This document shows, piece after piece, positions 37,601 to 51,255 of a DNA stretch of 64,000 nucleotides (position 1 is its first letter; the number at the start of each line of letters is the position of its first letter). This stretch comes from Octopus sinensis. Lineage: Eukaryota. Made by a program: the position numbers and the translations under genes. The stretch spans positions 185,429-249,428 of the forward strand of contig NW_021836293.1 in the NCBI RefSeq assembly GCF_006345805.1, given 5' to 3'. The notes below the pieces were generated by a model. That model was not told the origin of the DNA. It saw only the letters and a program-made list of their open reading frames with translations, and made no database searches.

Positions 37601-40600
37601 AGGCCTGAAATTTGGAGGCTCCTCTTACTTGAAGTCTCTTTTATTGCTTGCTCTAACCTCCAAGACCTCCCTAATTGAGCTGATTTATGATCAAATATGT
37701 TCCAACCAGGATAAGCCTATCTTTTGATATGTCTAAGATGACATTGTGCAGTTTACCTTTCCCTTTTTAGCAAAAGTAGAGTGTAATTTGAGGAAATTGC
37801 CTACTGTTTCTAGTAGTTCAAATGAAGTGACTGTGTAGGTACTCCATCGTTAGCTTGATGTATGTGTTGCTGCTCTCGTCAGACATCATCAAAACTGGCA
37901 TTAATGTTCAGTTCAATTGTTACAATTTCAGTCAACAGTGTTTTTTGACCAAGATTTTTACATCAGCAACTTTCCTTTTATTTCATTACACAAAGATATT
38001 GAGTTAAGCATGTCGGATTCCATTTGTTCTGAAGCAAAAATATTTTATTATTACAACAAACTGAAGGATCTTAAATTATATTAGAATTTTTTATTTCCTT
38101 TTTGACAAATGGAAATAGACTAAAAACAAATATAAAAAGAATAAATTCAAAATTTCTATTATAAGATTTGTGTAATAGTTCTGAATTAAAAATATATATA
38201 TATATATTAAAATGTTCCATAAATTTTAGTCCAGAAATTAATTTTATCAAAACTGCTTGATCAAATTTAGTGAAAAACTTTAATGAAAGTTAAATCTAAT
38301 TTACTTTTGGAATATTTCATCATTTCTGATATTCTACCATGAAGGATCTGACTTCTTAACTATGATGAAAATTTTAAAATAATATCATCAGCATCAATAA
38401 CAACAAAACCAACAAAAGGTTATCACTGAATAGAATAATTAAGAAAAGTGAAGAAATTAAAACAATAAAACAAAACATGAGCTCATTGAGAAAATAGAAA
38501 ATGTTTCACTAAACATGATTAGCAAAATATTTTATTGGCAAGTGAGTTTAACAATCAGTTGTGTGATTGAAAATCTAAAATAAAATTAAAATATTCAGGA
38601 AATATGTTATTGGTTATCAAACTCATGATAGACCATTAATATGATGGCTTTCAGATGAAGATTGGAGAAATTAAATGCAAAAGAAGAACAACAGAAAATT
38701 TATTCAGAATTTGTCAATAAATGCATAGAAATTTTCTTTAGAAAATCTTAAGTTGAATAGTGAAGACTTCATTACAGAGTGAGATATGGCATCAAATCAA
38801 GACCAATTTAATTTCCAGAAAAGAAAAAGAAAACTTTAATAGATTTTTTTTTCATTACTAAATTTCTCAGATCTAAATATTTTTGAAGAATATTCTGTGA
38901 TGGACAAAGTGAAAAGGCAAAGATTGTGAAATTTGAGCCAAAATTGTAACAGAATTTATCAGTAAAGATACTGGAAACCTTAAAAAAAGTTTGAAGTGTT
39001 AATTTTAGTAATTTTTCCATAATTTAAGATAAAATTATGTTACTTTGGTACAGAAATGTTAATAAGAATATCTTACATAGCCAAGTTCACATAGATTCAA
39101 GTGTACCGTATCAGCAACCAAGTCTTCATATTCTATTAGTGCCATTTCTCTTTACAACCCTAATTTTGAAGTTGTACTTGTCTGACAAGTGATTTCATAT
39201 GAGATCGTGTTTTAGAACTTAGGTCATTACAGCATGGAAGACTTTCAAAACCATGCAGAAACTTTTAACTTCATTAATCATTTATTTTTTGGTGTCAAAA
39301 TTTTCATAGCACTTTCTACAATCCGGTCACTGACCTTGTTACACTACAACTAGTTTGGAACTTGGTTACTGATCAATTTATAATGGCATCAGCATTTCAA
39401 ATTAATTATTCTTTTTTTCTTTAGTGAACTTGATAGTTTCTCTATGTCTAAGAATAGCTAAAATATGTTTTCTATGCTGTAATTGCATATAATTCCACAG
39501 TTATCAGTTTCCCTTCTATTTGAGTTTGTTCTGGTTTTGATTTTAAATTTTAGTCATTTCCTGTGCTTGGATTGCTAATGATCTTCAGACAGTCATAAAC
39601 ATTACCAGCTTTTATTCTCAGCACAAATCCAGTTAAGCTTCAAGAATGTTTAGCCCAAGTAGCACTAAAAGAAGTTTTCATATAGAAAATACATAATAAT
39701 GTTACTATCTATTGTCCATACTGACATCAGCTCCATTGGTGAGGAGTCAAGGTTGAGTCAACCTTGAATCCTCAAATCAGTAAGTCCAGAAGGACATGGA
39801 AATTTGAATTCTTGTATTTGTTTGATTTGCATCTAACAGTCACAAAGGCTTTTAAAATTGCCACAAAAAATATTTTGAAGATGAAATTAATACCATGCAC
39901 AAATGGTAGGGATGCATGGTAGGATAATGTTATTTTGCTTAAAAATTTATGCAAGGATAATTTTGATTAGAAACAAATTTTTTTCAGCATCACCAAGATG
40001 ACAAAGAATAGAAATCCCCACTAAGCATTACTGATACATATTTCATTGACATGGGAAGAGAATTAAGATCTGGTCTAAATATCAGAAAGAATATAAAAAT
40101 ATTCTACTTCACCTCTTTAACATCCTTATCTAGCACCATTATCACCTCTCTACTACCATTATCATTATCCTTGTTTATCTTACTAATGGTATTAAATGGT
40201 TGAGAATTTATGTAAGCACATTAGGTTGTGTTGATAAAGATATCAAAAGGATTAGAGTCCTTACAAGTGAAGGTACATCAGCTTATTTCGATAAAGATAT
40301 TAAAAAGGTCAGAAACCCCATAAACTGACTATTTTATCTTGGTAATGATATCAATAGGTGAGAATCCGTACAAATGAAACACACTTTACAAATACTAATG
40401 ATGATGAGGATGATGATAGATGTTATCATATAAGCTGAGGCTCATCTAACTTGTATAATAAGCAAGCTGGCTTATATTGGCAATGATATCTGGTCATAAT
40501 GACTGATATTGAATGCACCAAAATAATGTAAGAAATGATGTTTCCATGGGTATTTATTTGTGAATAATTTCTAAACTAATATTCCTGATAGATTTTAGAA

Positions 40601-41974
40601 ATAATGTTGTTTATTACTCTTTAGCTATTGGTTATTTATGCATACAGTACTGAATTGTCATACTATGTATATATATATATATATACGTAATTGCCATTAT
40701 ATATACATATGTAAATGTGTGTGTGTGTGTATGTGTAAATACACATACATGGTGCTCCAGCATAGCCACAGCCTTTGGGCTGAAATGTATAAAAGAATAA
40801 AAAAGATATATATATATATACATATGCATGTATGTAAATATGTATTATTGATAAATGATCAACAGATTTATAATTAAATTTGTCACTTTATTTACTTTTT
40901 ACAAATATCTAACATTTAGTAATGTTTGTATAATAAATTTCATCTGTAAATATTTAATTTATACCTATTTTGAGAGCAGAGCTAGCAGTAATAATAACAT
41001 AACTGACAAATAGTTGTGACAGTAGTGTTTCACACTTCCTTACTGGCACTATGTTGTTTCTATAGCCAAGACACTTAGCAGTCAACTGATTCACTCTGTA
41101 AATAATTACAAGGCATTTATCAACAAGAGAAACTTGCACAAGTTGCTGCAGTGTTCATTGGAACTCAGAAACAAGTGGTTGCAAAGCAATTCCTTATCTA
41201 CACATCCATATCTACACCCACATTGAGTTCACTTTTACTTTATTGCATAAATAGATATAGTATGACAACATCATTATTTTTGCACCCACTTTTCCATGCT
41301 GATATTGGTTTGACAAAACTTATCGAAGCAGATTTTTAATTAATGGCTTATCTTCTAGTTATAGAGAATAATTATATTTATCCATCATCATCATCCTTAT
41401 TATCATCATTTAACATTCATGTTCCATGCTGGTATGAGTTGGATGGCTCACCAAGTATTCAATGGGTACCAGGACCACACCATGCTCCAGTGTGTGCTTT
41501 GACATGGTTTCTGCATTTGGATACCCTTCCTAATGTCAACCATTTCACAGTGCATACTGGGTGCTGTGTTCGTTCCACTGGCACTACTGAGGTCCCCATA
41601 TAGTGCACAAGTCTACAAAATCCCATGGCAAGCAGGATGCATCCTTATATTAGAAAACGATCAAGGTATGAGAGAAAAGGTTTGTGCTGGCAGTGGTAGC
41701 TGCAGCTGGTGGTGGTGGTTTTACTGCTAATAATATCACTTACTTTTGAAAGGAGCCAACAAATTTAATTAACGTTAGAAAGGGTGGAATATAACAGCAA
41801 TCAACTTTGCTGACAGGTCAAACTCTGTGAAGAACAATTTTCGTATTTTATCTTTCAGTAAGATAAAGATAAGTCAATAAAAATAAGTACCAGTAATATA
41901 CTCAGGAGAAATCAGCCCAGTAAATAATCTTGCAGCAAAGTCTAACTTTGCTCTTAATCAAAAGAAAATCAATA

Positions 41975-42076
41975 GCAGTAGCAGCAGCAGCAGCAGCAGC
42001 ATAAGCAGCAGCAACACCAGCAGTAGCAGCAGCAGTAATGGTGGTGGTGGTGGTGGTGGTGGTGGTGGTAGTGGTG

Positions 42077-42117
<41 letters not shown>

Positions 42118-42125
42118 TGTTGTCG
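41975..42125. repeat. Compound (GCA)(GTG)(GTA) trinucleotide repeat
   Basis: Directly visible. Confidence 0.9.
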
Positions 42126-42849
42126 TCTCAAAAAAATTGTTGCTGTAGCAAGACCAAAAGCAGCAGTGATACAACAGAATTAATTAATCGTTTAAAATCT
42201 ATGACATAATTACAAAGCCCATGATAACTGTAGGAACAAGTTCACATCTGATAACTTAACAAGGTTTTATCTAAAATTTTTGTATTTATTTCATCTATTT
42301 TACTCTACATTAGCAGTTAAGGTTCATTCCAATATGTCTCTATGGTGTAGTATTTTTCTTTTGTTTTTGTTTATATTTATTCATTTATCTTTTACTGTTG
42401 CTTTGTGATAAACATAACACTACTGAGAGAAAGCTCCAGGCATTCATTACCATTGGTGTAATGCTGTTGTTTTTTAGTGCTCTTGAAAATTAAAGGCAGA
42501 AAAGGAAATGTTCATTAGAATCATACATGTACACACGCACACATGTATGTGTCTCTGTGCTTGCATGCATGTGTACATGTATGTGTAAATATATGTATAT
42601 ATGTGTGTCATATACATTATATATATGTGTGAGTGTGTGTGTGTGTATGTATGCATTTATACACTCATAAACATATTTATACATGCATACATACAAATAC
42701 AGACATGTAGGCATACACACACATGCATTCATATACATATGTATACATACATACATATATTTGCATATTCCTGTACATATTCGTATATATTTCTCAGCTA
42801 TTTTAACTTTACGCTTTTTCAACACATCAGAATATTTGTTTAATGTTTC

Positions 42850-43190
42850 AAGGTGGTAGTTGTGATAGTGGTGGTGGTGGTGGTGATGGTGGTGGTGTTG
42901 GTTGTGGTTGTGGTGGTGGTTGTGGTTGTGGTGGTTGTGGTTGTGGTGGTGGTGGTGGTGGTAAAATGAAGATCGCAGAGGTGGTGGCAGTGGCGGCAAT
43001 TGCAGTAGTGGTGGCTGCAGTAGACGCAGCATGAAAGCAGTGGCAGCTGGGTCAGTGGTGGTGGTGGTGACAGCAACAGTGGCGCTAGTAGCGGAGGCGG
43101 CAGCAAGCAACAGCAGCACCAGCAACGGCAGTGGCAGCAGTGACGGTGGTGGTGGTGGTGGCGGCGGCGGTGGTGGTGGTAGGTAGCTGA
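42850..43190. repeat. Compound (GGT)/(GGC)/(GCA) trinucleotide repeat
   Basis: Directly visible; it produces the poly-His, poly-Thr and poly-Gly pseudo-ORFs. Confidence 0.9.
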
Positions 43191-43897
43191 TGTGATAGCA
43201 ATTAATGTAATCTTCATAAATATTATCATAGATATCAATATTATCAGTGGAAGCAGCAACAACATTGTCAACATCATGTACAGTAATTATTGCTAGAAAT
43301 AGTTGTAAAAATCTGACATCATCATCATTATTATTATTATTATTATTATCATTACTATTATAGTTATCATTATTATTATCATTATTATTATTATTATCAT
43401 TATTATTATTATTATTATTATTGTTATTATTAATTTAAGGGTCATTAACTAATAAGTATTTAAATCATTGTGGAAATCAGATTTCAGATTAATTGAATGT
43501 TATTGATTAAATTGCAACATGGTTATTCTTACAGACAAGTTATTAGTGAAGGTGTAGCATACCTTTCATTCACACTTCCTGTTTCTCTACCAATAAGTAT
43601 GTGTGTTTATATGCAAATATACTGAGAATTAAATGCAGACAAACCTACATTTTAATGCATAAAGATATATGTACGCACATTTATATTCATTTGCGTATCT
43701 ACCTGCACTGGGTGTAGTAATATCATTTATTTCTTGTATATAAAGATGTTTTTATTTAAACCATATGTTTCTAGAATATATTCATTTAGTGCTTTAAATT
43801 CACACTCATTAATCTATTTATCTATCTGTGTGTGTGTATATATATATATATAGTAACAACTACAGCATTAGACCAAGAAAACACCCACTCAAGAAAG

Positions 43898-43939
<42 letters not shown>

Positions 43940-43961
43940 CATGAAAGACGCCTGAAAAGCA

Positions 43962-44171
43962 TCCATCTGGACTTGTTGGTTGCACACCTATGGCATCATG
44001 CATGTATAACTTATAAATATGGTTATTACATAAGTTATAGCCATCTTGAAACAGCTGTCAGGAGAGGATTTTACATTATTTTTCTTTATTTTATAATCTG
44101 AGTTTTTGCTCCATGTAAATTTGTCTCAAGCCTAATTGTGTTTATCTCCCTAACTACATCTCTCTCTTTGT

Positions 44172-44215
<44 letters not shown>

Positions 44216-44890
44216 TACACACATGTGGATATATATTATACATATAGAGAGAGAGGGAGTGTAAGTAGGTGAAAGCAAAAGAAGCTCAATATACAATAGA
44301 TAACACAAAGCAGTGTTCAAATGGAAATGAATTTCAACTTCATTTTCTTCACTCGGGGCCAGCATCTCACATCAAAAGATAACTATAAGAGCTGCTATGG
44401 AGGTGGTAAATGAGATTAACACAGGTTTGAAACACGTATTTACATGGAGCACAAAATGTACCTGATAAAATGAAAAAGGCATGTAAAATCTTATCTTAAC
44501 AGCTGTTTCAAGATAGTTGTAATTTATGTAATAACCATATTTATACGTAATATGTGCTTAATATGTTAGAGGCGTGCAACCAGTAACAAGTCCAGGTAAA
44601 ATTGTTAAAGCTAGGTCACTCTTTACAAGAGCAGAATGGCCATGCTACTTTTGTAAAGGGTAGCCTTACTTACTCTAACGATTCCATCTGGACTTGTTGG
44701 TTGCACACCTATGGCATCATGCATGTATAACTTATAAATATGGTTATTACATAAGTTATAGCCATCTTGAAACAGCTGTCAGGAGAGGATTTTACATTAT
44801 TTTTCTTTATTTTATAATCTGAGTTTTTGCTCCATGTAAATTTGTCTCAAGCCTAATTGTGTTTATCTCCCTAACTACATCTCTCTCTTT
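43962..44890. repeat. 208-bp perfect direct repeat (43962-44169 and 44683-44890) with a diverged inverted copy (~44400-44596) between
   Basis: Base-by-base comparison by eye. Confidence 0.9.
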
Positions 44891-44988
44891 CTTTTTCTCT
44901 CTCTCCTCTCTTGCTCTATCTCTTTCTCTACATATATATATGTATGTGTGTATGTATATATATATATATATGTGTGTGTGTTTGTATG

Positions 44989-45030
<42 letters not shown>

Positions 45031-45731
45031 AATAAAACAGGATTTGGGTTTAAAGTGAAGGTATCCAGGTAAAAATAATTGTGCATATCAGGTAAAAACA
45101 CAAGCATTTACACAATAGACCACTACACAGGCATCTCTGAAGACAGCTTTCAACCACAAATCCAGACAAAACAAATTCAATGCTTTTCAGGCATGTAGAC
45201 AAAAACATAAGACAACGTTGATTACTCTGCTTCAAAAAGGGATCTAAATGAGTTAAATTGTTTGTATGGTATTTTAGTTTATAGGACTAAGCTGATGAAT
45301 TAACAGAGTTGTCAGGGCATCTTACTGAATGTTGCATGGGATTTTTTGTGACATTTTATTTCTGAAATCAACTTTAATTTCATTTTTCAAGGCTGATGAA
45401 GAAAGACAACCTGCACCAAGGTAGTGGATTAATGGAATTATTAGAATGTCAAACTAAGATGTCTTGTGATATTTGTTCAGATGCTCTGACAAATTCTACC
45501 TTGCTTCCTAAAAGCACTTACACCAGTCTGCAGGTCTAATGTGATAAGTAAGACAAATCTGTGAATCAAAGTCCAGCACTAAACAACCAAATAAATGGTT
45601 GGGATTAAGTGAATATTTAGAAAGGGAGTCCTTCTGCTAGTGATCTGTGCCCTGGTAAATATATGTATTTTAGTCAACCTTAAACAACACAGGAAGAAAA
45701 TAAATAGTTAATTCCATAAAGTCTTCTAAGT

Positions 45732-45950
45732 CTGTCCTACTCAACAAGGTGGTCCGCGGACCAGTGTCGCTCCACGAGCCATCAGCTGTCAGTACATGGC
45801 AAGTTTCCAGAAAAGAAAACAATAATAGCATAATTTCAGTAATTCTGCCTTATGCTCTGCAGTAAACAACTTATCAGCTTATGTAAAATTGTATTATTTG
45901 TTTACAAAATAAATATAAGATAAAAAATTGTCAACTTTTATTATATTCAT

Positions 45951-45991
<41 letters not shown>

Positions 45992-46091
45992 TCTGGTATA
46001 AATTAATATCACTAAGAAATATTACCAGTGCATGGCACATTGGTAAAAAATAATGGCTAGTACACCACATGAGATAGTTTGAGAAGCCCTG
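45732..46091. mobile_element. hAT (Charlie-like) non-autonomous element
   Basis: Left end CTGTCCTACTCAA..GTGGTCCGCGGACC, right end TTTGAGAAGCCCTG. The 8-bp flanks TTCTAAGT and CTCTAGGT match 6/8 and resemble the NTCTAGAN target of Charlie elements. Confidence 0.7.
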
Positions 46092-46272
46092 CTCTAGGTG
46101 ATTAATTAAAAGCCTGCTGAGTCACTGCTGAGAAAGCTCTCTCATTGTCTCAAGATCTTTGTGGTTCTAGATGTTGTCACTTAGTCACAGGCCAAGCCTG
46201 GCTAAGCAAACCTCTGATCAAAAGTGCTACCACCATGAACATCCCATCTTTATTCTCATGTTTTACGTATCT

Positions 46273-46562
46273 CATCATCATCGTCGTCGTTTAACGTCCA
46301 CTTTCCATGCTGGCATGGGTTGGATGGTTTGACTGAGAACTGGTAAGTCAGAAGGCTGTACCAGGCTCCAATCTGATCTGGCAAGGTTTCTACAGTTGGA
46401 TGCCATTCCTAATGCCAACCACTCTGAGAGTGTAGTGGGTGCTTTTTACATGCCACCGGCACAAGGGCCAGTCAGGTGGTACTGGCATCAACCAAATTTA
46501 AATGGTGCTTTTTATGTGCCACCGGCACAGGAGTTAGTCAGGCAGCACTGGCAATGACCACA
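46273..46562 (-). mobile_element. RTE LINE 3' UTR fragment
   Basis: (CAT)n, TTTAACGTCCACTTTCCATGCTGGCATGGG and two ~66-bp UTR repeat units. Confidence 0.88.
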
Positions 46563-48029
46563 CTAATACTACATTATCTAGTGTAATCTTAAATGTAATC
46601 TTATTCTTAAGAACATAGATGTGATTTAAGGAAAATCTGGCTGCTATTTTTCTTGTAGGTCAAGTGAGAATGTAATGACTAGTTAGCTAGCAACCTTCAT
46701 GTTTCTCACAGCAGCTGGAATGACCAAGAATATTGTGTATGATAGTAAACAAAAGGGAAATAACTATTCTTGCCTTGCAGGGAACAAATCTTTTAGAATA
46801 TTCATGTCATGATAAAAATACAATTATACATAAAACACAAATTTCCCCTAAATTTCTGAAAGCTAAATACCACCATACTGTGTTTTATTTTCCCTTCCAA
46901 AATATTTGAAAATGAAAACATATTGATTTTTATTTGTTCTGACAGTGATCAGGAGTTGTGATGCTGGTACTGTGTCTCTGTGTGTATTAATAGCTCTGAT
47001 AAACAACAAGTCTTGAAGACATTGTATGTATTCATTCTGTAGTTGTGCTTATATACAATGTATAAATATGTATGTACATTGTGTGTGAATATGTGTGTCT
47101 AACACAGAATCTTTGTGTCTCTTGTATATTAGAATACTTTGTGGCTTGGTAGAACCACTGAAGCATCAAACAAAATACTAAGTAGTATTTGTTCTGGCTC
47201 TTTACATTTTGAGCTCAAGTACCATTGGGTCATTTATGTCTTTTATATTTCGAGGATTGATAAAATAAAGTCCCAGATCATGATGGAGAATTGACAGAAT
47301 ATGTGAAAATGTTTTTGCAGTATTTATTTCAGTTCTGTACATTATCTTTTATTTGTTTTAGTCATTGGACTTAGGCCATGCTGGGGCACTGCTTTGAAGA
47401 GCTTCATTGAACAAATCGACACCTGCACTTATTTTTTTAAAAGTCTGGTACTTATTCTATCAATCACTAGATGCAAAACCACTAAGTTGGAAGGATGTAA
47501 ACAAACCAACACTGGTTGTCAAGTAGTAGTGATGGTCAAGCACAGCACTAATATACACACAAACACACACACATACATATATACATACACACACACACAT
47601 ATATAGATATATATAGATGTATATATAAATATATATATGTATATGTATGCATATGTATATAAATATATATATATATATATATATACACATATGTATGTAT
47701 GTATATAATTATATATATATATCCTTTAAGTTTGTTTACAATAAACGTTTTGAATATGCATATAAAAGCCTTTATTTTATTATGCTGGTACAGCCTAATG
47801 ATATCTACTGGCAATAATAGTTTTTGGGGATTCCAATGAGCTGTGCTGATATAATGTAGGATAAATATAGTAATAATAATAATAATCCATGGGTGGAATT
47901 TATAAACATTTTAATGCATCACTACGTTTCTTAAGATCATAGCCAGTATTCCAGGGCTGATTACTATACAGTTTGTAATATCTATGGACATCAGGCAGAT
48001 CATATTCATGAGTCTAAATTCCTCTCTAA

Positions 48030-48600
48030 ACAGAATAAAATTGGTGATAGCAAAACATGAAGCTATTATTACTCTTCTAAAAGATCACAAATCCAATTTG
48101 AGTAATAAGCCTAGTTGTAGACTTTTAAACCCAACAACCCTGAAGCTTGCCCACTTGAGCAGGCATGTAATGATAAACTCCATCATATACAAGACTGAAG
48201 TTATAGCTCCAAGACAAATCAATTGAAAAGAAGAATTACATTAGGTTGTATGAGGGTGAATTGAAGAGACATTATGAAAACCACCTATCTTCTTTCTGGC
48301 ACATTGATAAAAGTAATGCAACTAAGTTGGCTAGCCACATGGAATTTGAAGAGCTGCTCCACACCACATACAGTTAGGTGGAGAATAGTGGAGAAATCCA
48401 AGCCATATGTTAATGGATCTAAGAAATGTAATTTATGCATAACAGAAAGATCTCATGTTCTTCTTTGATCCAGCAATTCCAATACACTGCTTAATTCCAG
48501 ATCTGAAAGTTTTAGCAGGTAGAGACACAGAGAGAGGTTTCTTTTATAAAATTGAAGGGCACCATCTGCTTCAGACTGAGTTGCTGTCTTGCCTACTTTG
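48030..48600 (+). mobile_element. Penelope-like element relic (RT N-terminus joined to GIY-YIG endonuclease)
   Basis: AIITLLKDHKSNLSNKPSCRLLNPT; SIIYKTEV..NYI..YEGELKRHYENHLSSF..ATKLASH; WRIVEKSKPYVNGSKKCNLCITE..LLNSRSE..RHRERFL. Confidence 0.85.
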
Positions 48601-48649
48601 ACATATTTTTTATTTTGTTCTAAACCAGTTACATTTAATGAGGCAATCA

Positions 48650-49020
48650 TGAAATTTAGTGGGAGGGGGCCAGTGAATTAGACTGACCACAGTACACAAC
48701 TGGTACTTAATTTATTGACCCTGAAAGGAAGAAAGGCAAAGTTGACCTTGGCAGAATTTGTACTCAGAAAATAAAGACAGACAAAATACCTACTTCTTTA
48801 CAACCCACAAGGGGCTAAACACAGAGGGGACAAACAAGGACAAACAAATGGATTAAGTCGATCACATCGACCCCAGTGCATAACTGGTACTTATTTAATC
48901 AACCCCGAAAGGATGAAAGGCAAAGTCGACCTCAGCGGCATTTCAACTCAGAACGTAGAGGCAGACGAAATACCGCTGAGCATTTCACCCAGTGTGCTAA
49001 CGATTCTGCCAGCTCACTGA
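48650..49020 (-). mobile_element. Two adjacent SINE family A copies
   Basis: Copies at about 48650-48790 and 48793-49020. Confidence 0.85.
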
Positions 49021-49276
49021 CTTGTTTGTTTGTGCACAAACACAAGGAATGCAGCTCGGATAAAGGACAGAGGCAAAGACTACTGAAAAGGTTGCAAGAC
49101 ACAACGAAAATTATAGAAAAAATCAATAAGTAAATGAGTGGAAACTGAAGCGGTGAGTGTGTTAAATAATAAGGCACTTAAAGAGAATACTCTCCCAAGA
49201 CACAACAAAATATACTTCAACACACAAACTGACATAAAGAATCTTGCAAACCAAATCCAAATATATATATATATGT

Positions 49277-49594
49277 GAAGGTGCATGGCTTTGTGGTTAG
49301 GGCATTCAGCACATGATCGTAAGGCATGAGTTCAAATCCCAGTGATGCATTGTGTCCTTGAGCAATCCACTTTATTTCATGTTGCTCCAGTCCACTCAGC
49401 TGGCAAAATTGAGTAGTACATGTATTTCAAAGGGCCAGTCTTGTTACACTCTGTGTCATGTTGAATCTTCTTGAGGACTATGTTAAGACTACACGTGTCT
49501 GGAGTGCTCAGCCACTTGCACGTTAATTTCATGAGCAAGCTGTTCTGTTGATCGTATCAGCTGGGACCCTCATCATCATAACTGATGGAGTGCT

Positions 49595-49596
<2 letters not shown>
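49277..49596 (+). mobile_element. tRNA-derived SINE, family C, in (TA)n
   Basis: A box TGGCTTTGTGG, B box GAGTTCAAATCC; colinear with the reverse complement of 9767-10086. Confidence 0.85.
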
Positions 49597-49648
<52 letters not shown>

Positions 49649-49747
49649 CAAAATAAGCAACATTTGATTTATATGGATAATACCATACCAAATTCTGGTG
49701 CCCTTAACTTAAATACCATATTCATCTGAATCTAAATTTTTGCTGAA

Positions 49748-49792
<45 letters not shown>

Positions 49793-50649
49793 GTATATAA
49801 TGAGAGAGGGAGAGAGAGAGGTGGAAGGGAGGGAGAGAGAGAGATAATGATGCAAATAAACACACTTGGACTTAATGTATAAAATGTGCAAACATTCATA
49901 TACATATAAATAAATATAAGGATATATAGAGTGAGAAACAAAACCTTAAAGTGTTCAGAAGATGAATATCCGTGTATAAGAATGCGGATATTTATATATT
50001 TACAGAACAAATTTACACAAAGTACAAAAGATAAAGAAAACTAAGGGAAGAGGGCATAGTATTTCAAGTCCAACAGTTGTTTCAGCTGTTACATAATAGT
50101 TGTATTGATAGCAGATGGAGTGTGCAAAACATCAAGGATATGTAACCATTAATGGATGCATATAAACATTACCGTAAAGTTGGGCTCCATCATCAGGGAG
50201 GAGAGGTATGTGTGTGCATGTATGTATAAATATATATATATATATATATATATAAATTCACACACACACATGCACACACTGATACATAGGTAGATAGATA
50301 TGTATGTAAAACAGATATTAACACATACACACACATACATATGTATATGTGTATGTGTTTATGTATCCATGCATGTATTACTATATATATATAATGTATG
50401 TATGTGTGAGTGTGTGTGTGTGAGTATGTGTGTGTCTCTGTGTGTATGTGTGTTAATATATACATATTTATATAAACATATATCTAACATTACTTTATAT
50501 ATTAAGATATAGTTCTGAGATTGACTTAATTCTATTATATACAAATACATGAAGCATTCTAAGTAAACCTTTAAAATATTCTCATTATAGTTTGTAGACA
50601 TTTATTTCTTTTGTGTGTGTGTGTGTGTGAATATATGTGTGTCTGCATA

Positions 50650-50700
<51 letters not shown>

Positions 50701-51089
50701 GTATGAATGGAGGTATGTATGTATATACATATACATACATACATATATATGTGACTGTGTGTATGTACACAGACATTGATAAATGTGTGCATATATATAT
50801 GTGTGTGTGTGTGTGTTTATATATGTATGCATACACACACACACATGTATATATATATATACAAATTCATATACATATGTGTATGTGGGTATATATTTTT
50901 TTAAATGTGTGAGTTGGCTACAAGTCAACTAACACACATCAGTTTCACTCTAAGCTAAATTCATCAAAGTAGAAACATCAATGCTGAAAGTTACCTCACA
51001 CAGATTATACTGAGTGGTGGTGGAGGTGGTGGCGGTGGCAGTGAGGGCTGATGGAGTAGATGAGGTGTATTTGTAAGCAACATCATTTA

Positions 51090-51255
51090 TTATCATCATC
51101 ATCGTTGTCGTCATCGTCATCAACTTCATCATCATCATCATCATCAACTTCATCATCATCATCATCAACTTCACCATCATCATCATCAACTTCATCATCA
51201 ACTTCATCATCACCATCACCATTATTTTTGATGTTGTCTTCATCATCATCATCAA
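51090..51255. repeat. (CAT)n-based repeat with periodic CAACTT interruptions
   Basis: Directly visible; source of the poly-Asp, poly-Met and poly-Ser pseudo-ORFs. Confidence 0.9.

Noticed and set aside
38400-38830. Possible Tigger/pogo relic (RYGIKSRPI fragment)
   Set aside because: Only one short motif and no TIRs or ordered motif series could be read.
42490-43277. 211-aa and 145-aa His/Thr/Pro-rich ORFs
   Set aside because: They are stop-free readings of trinucleotide and dinucleotide microsatellites with no domain or splice support.
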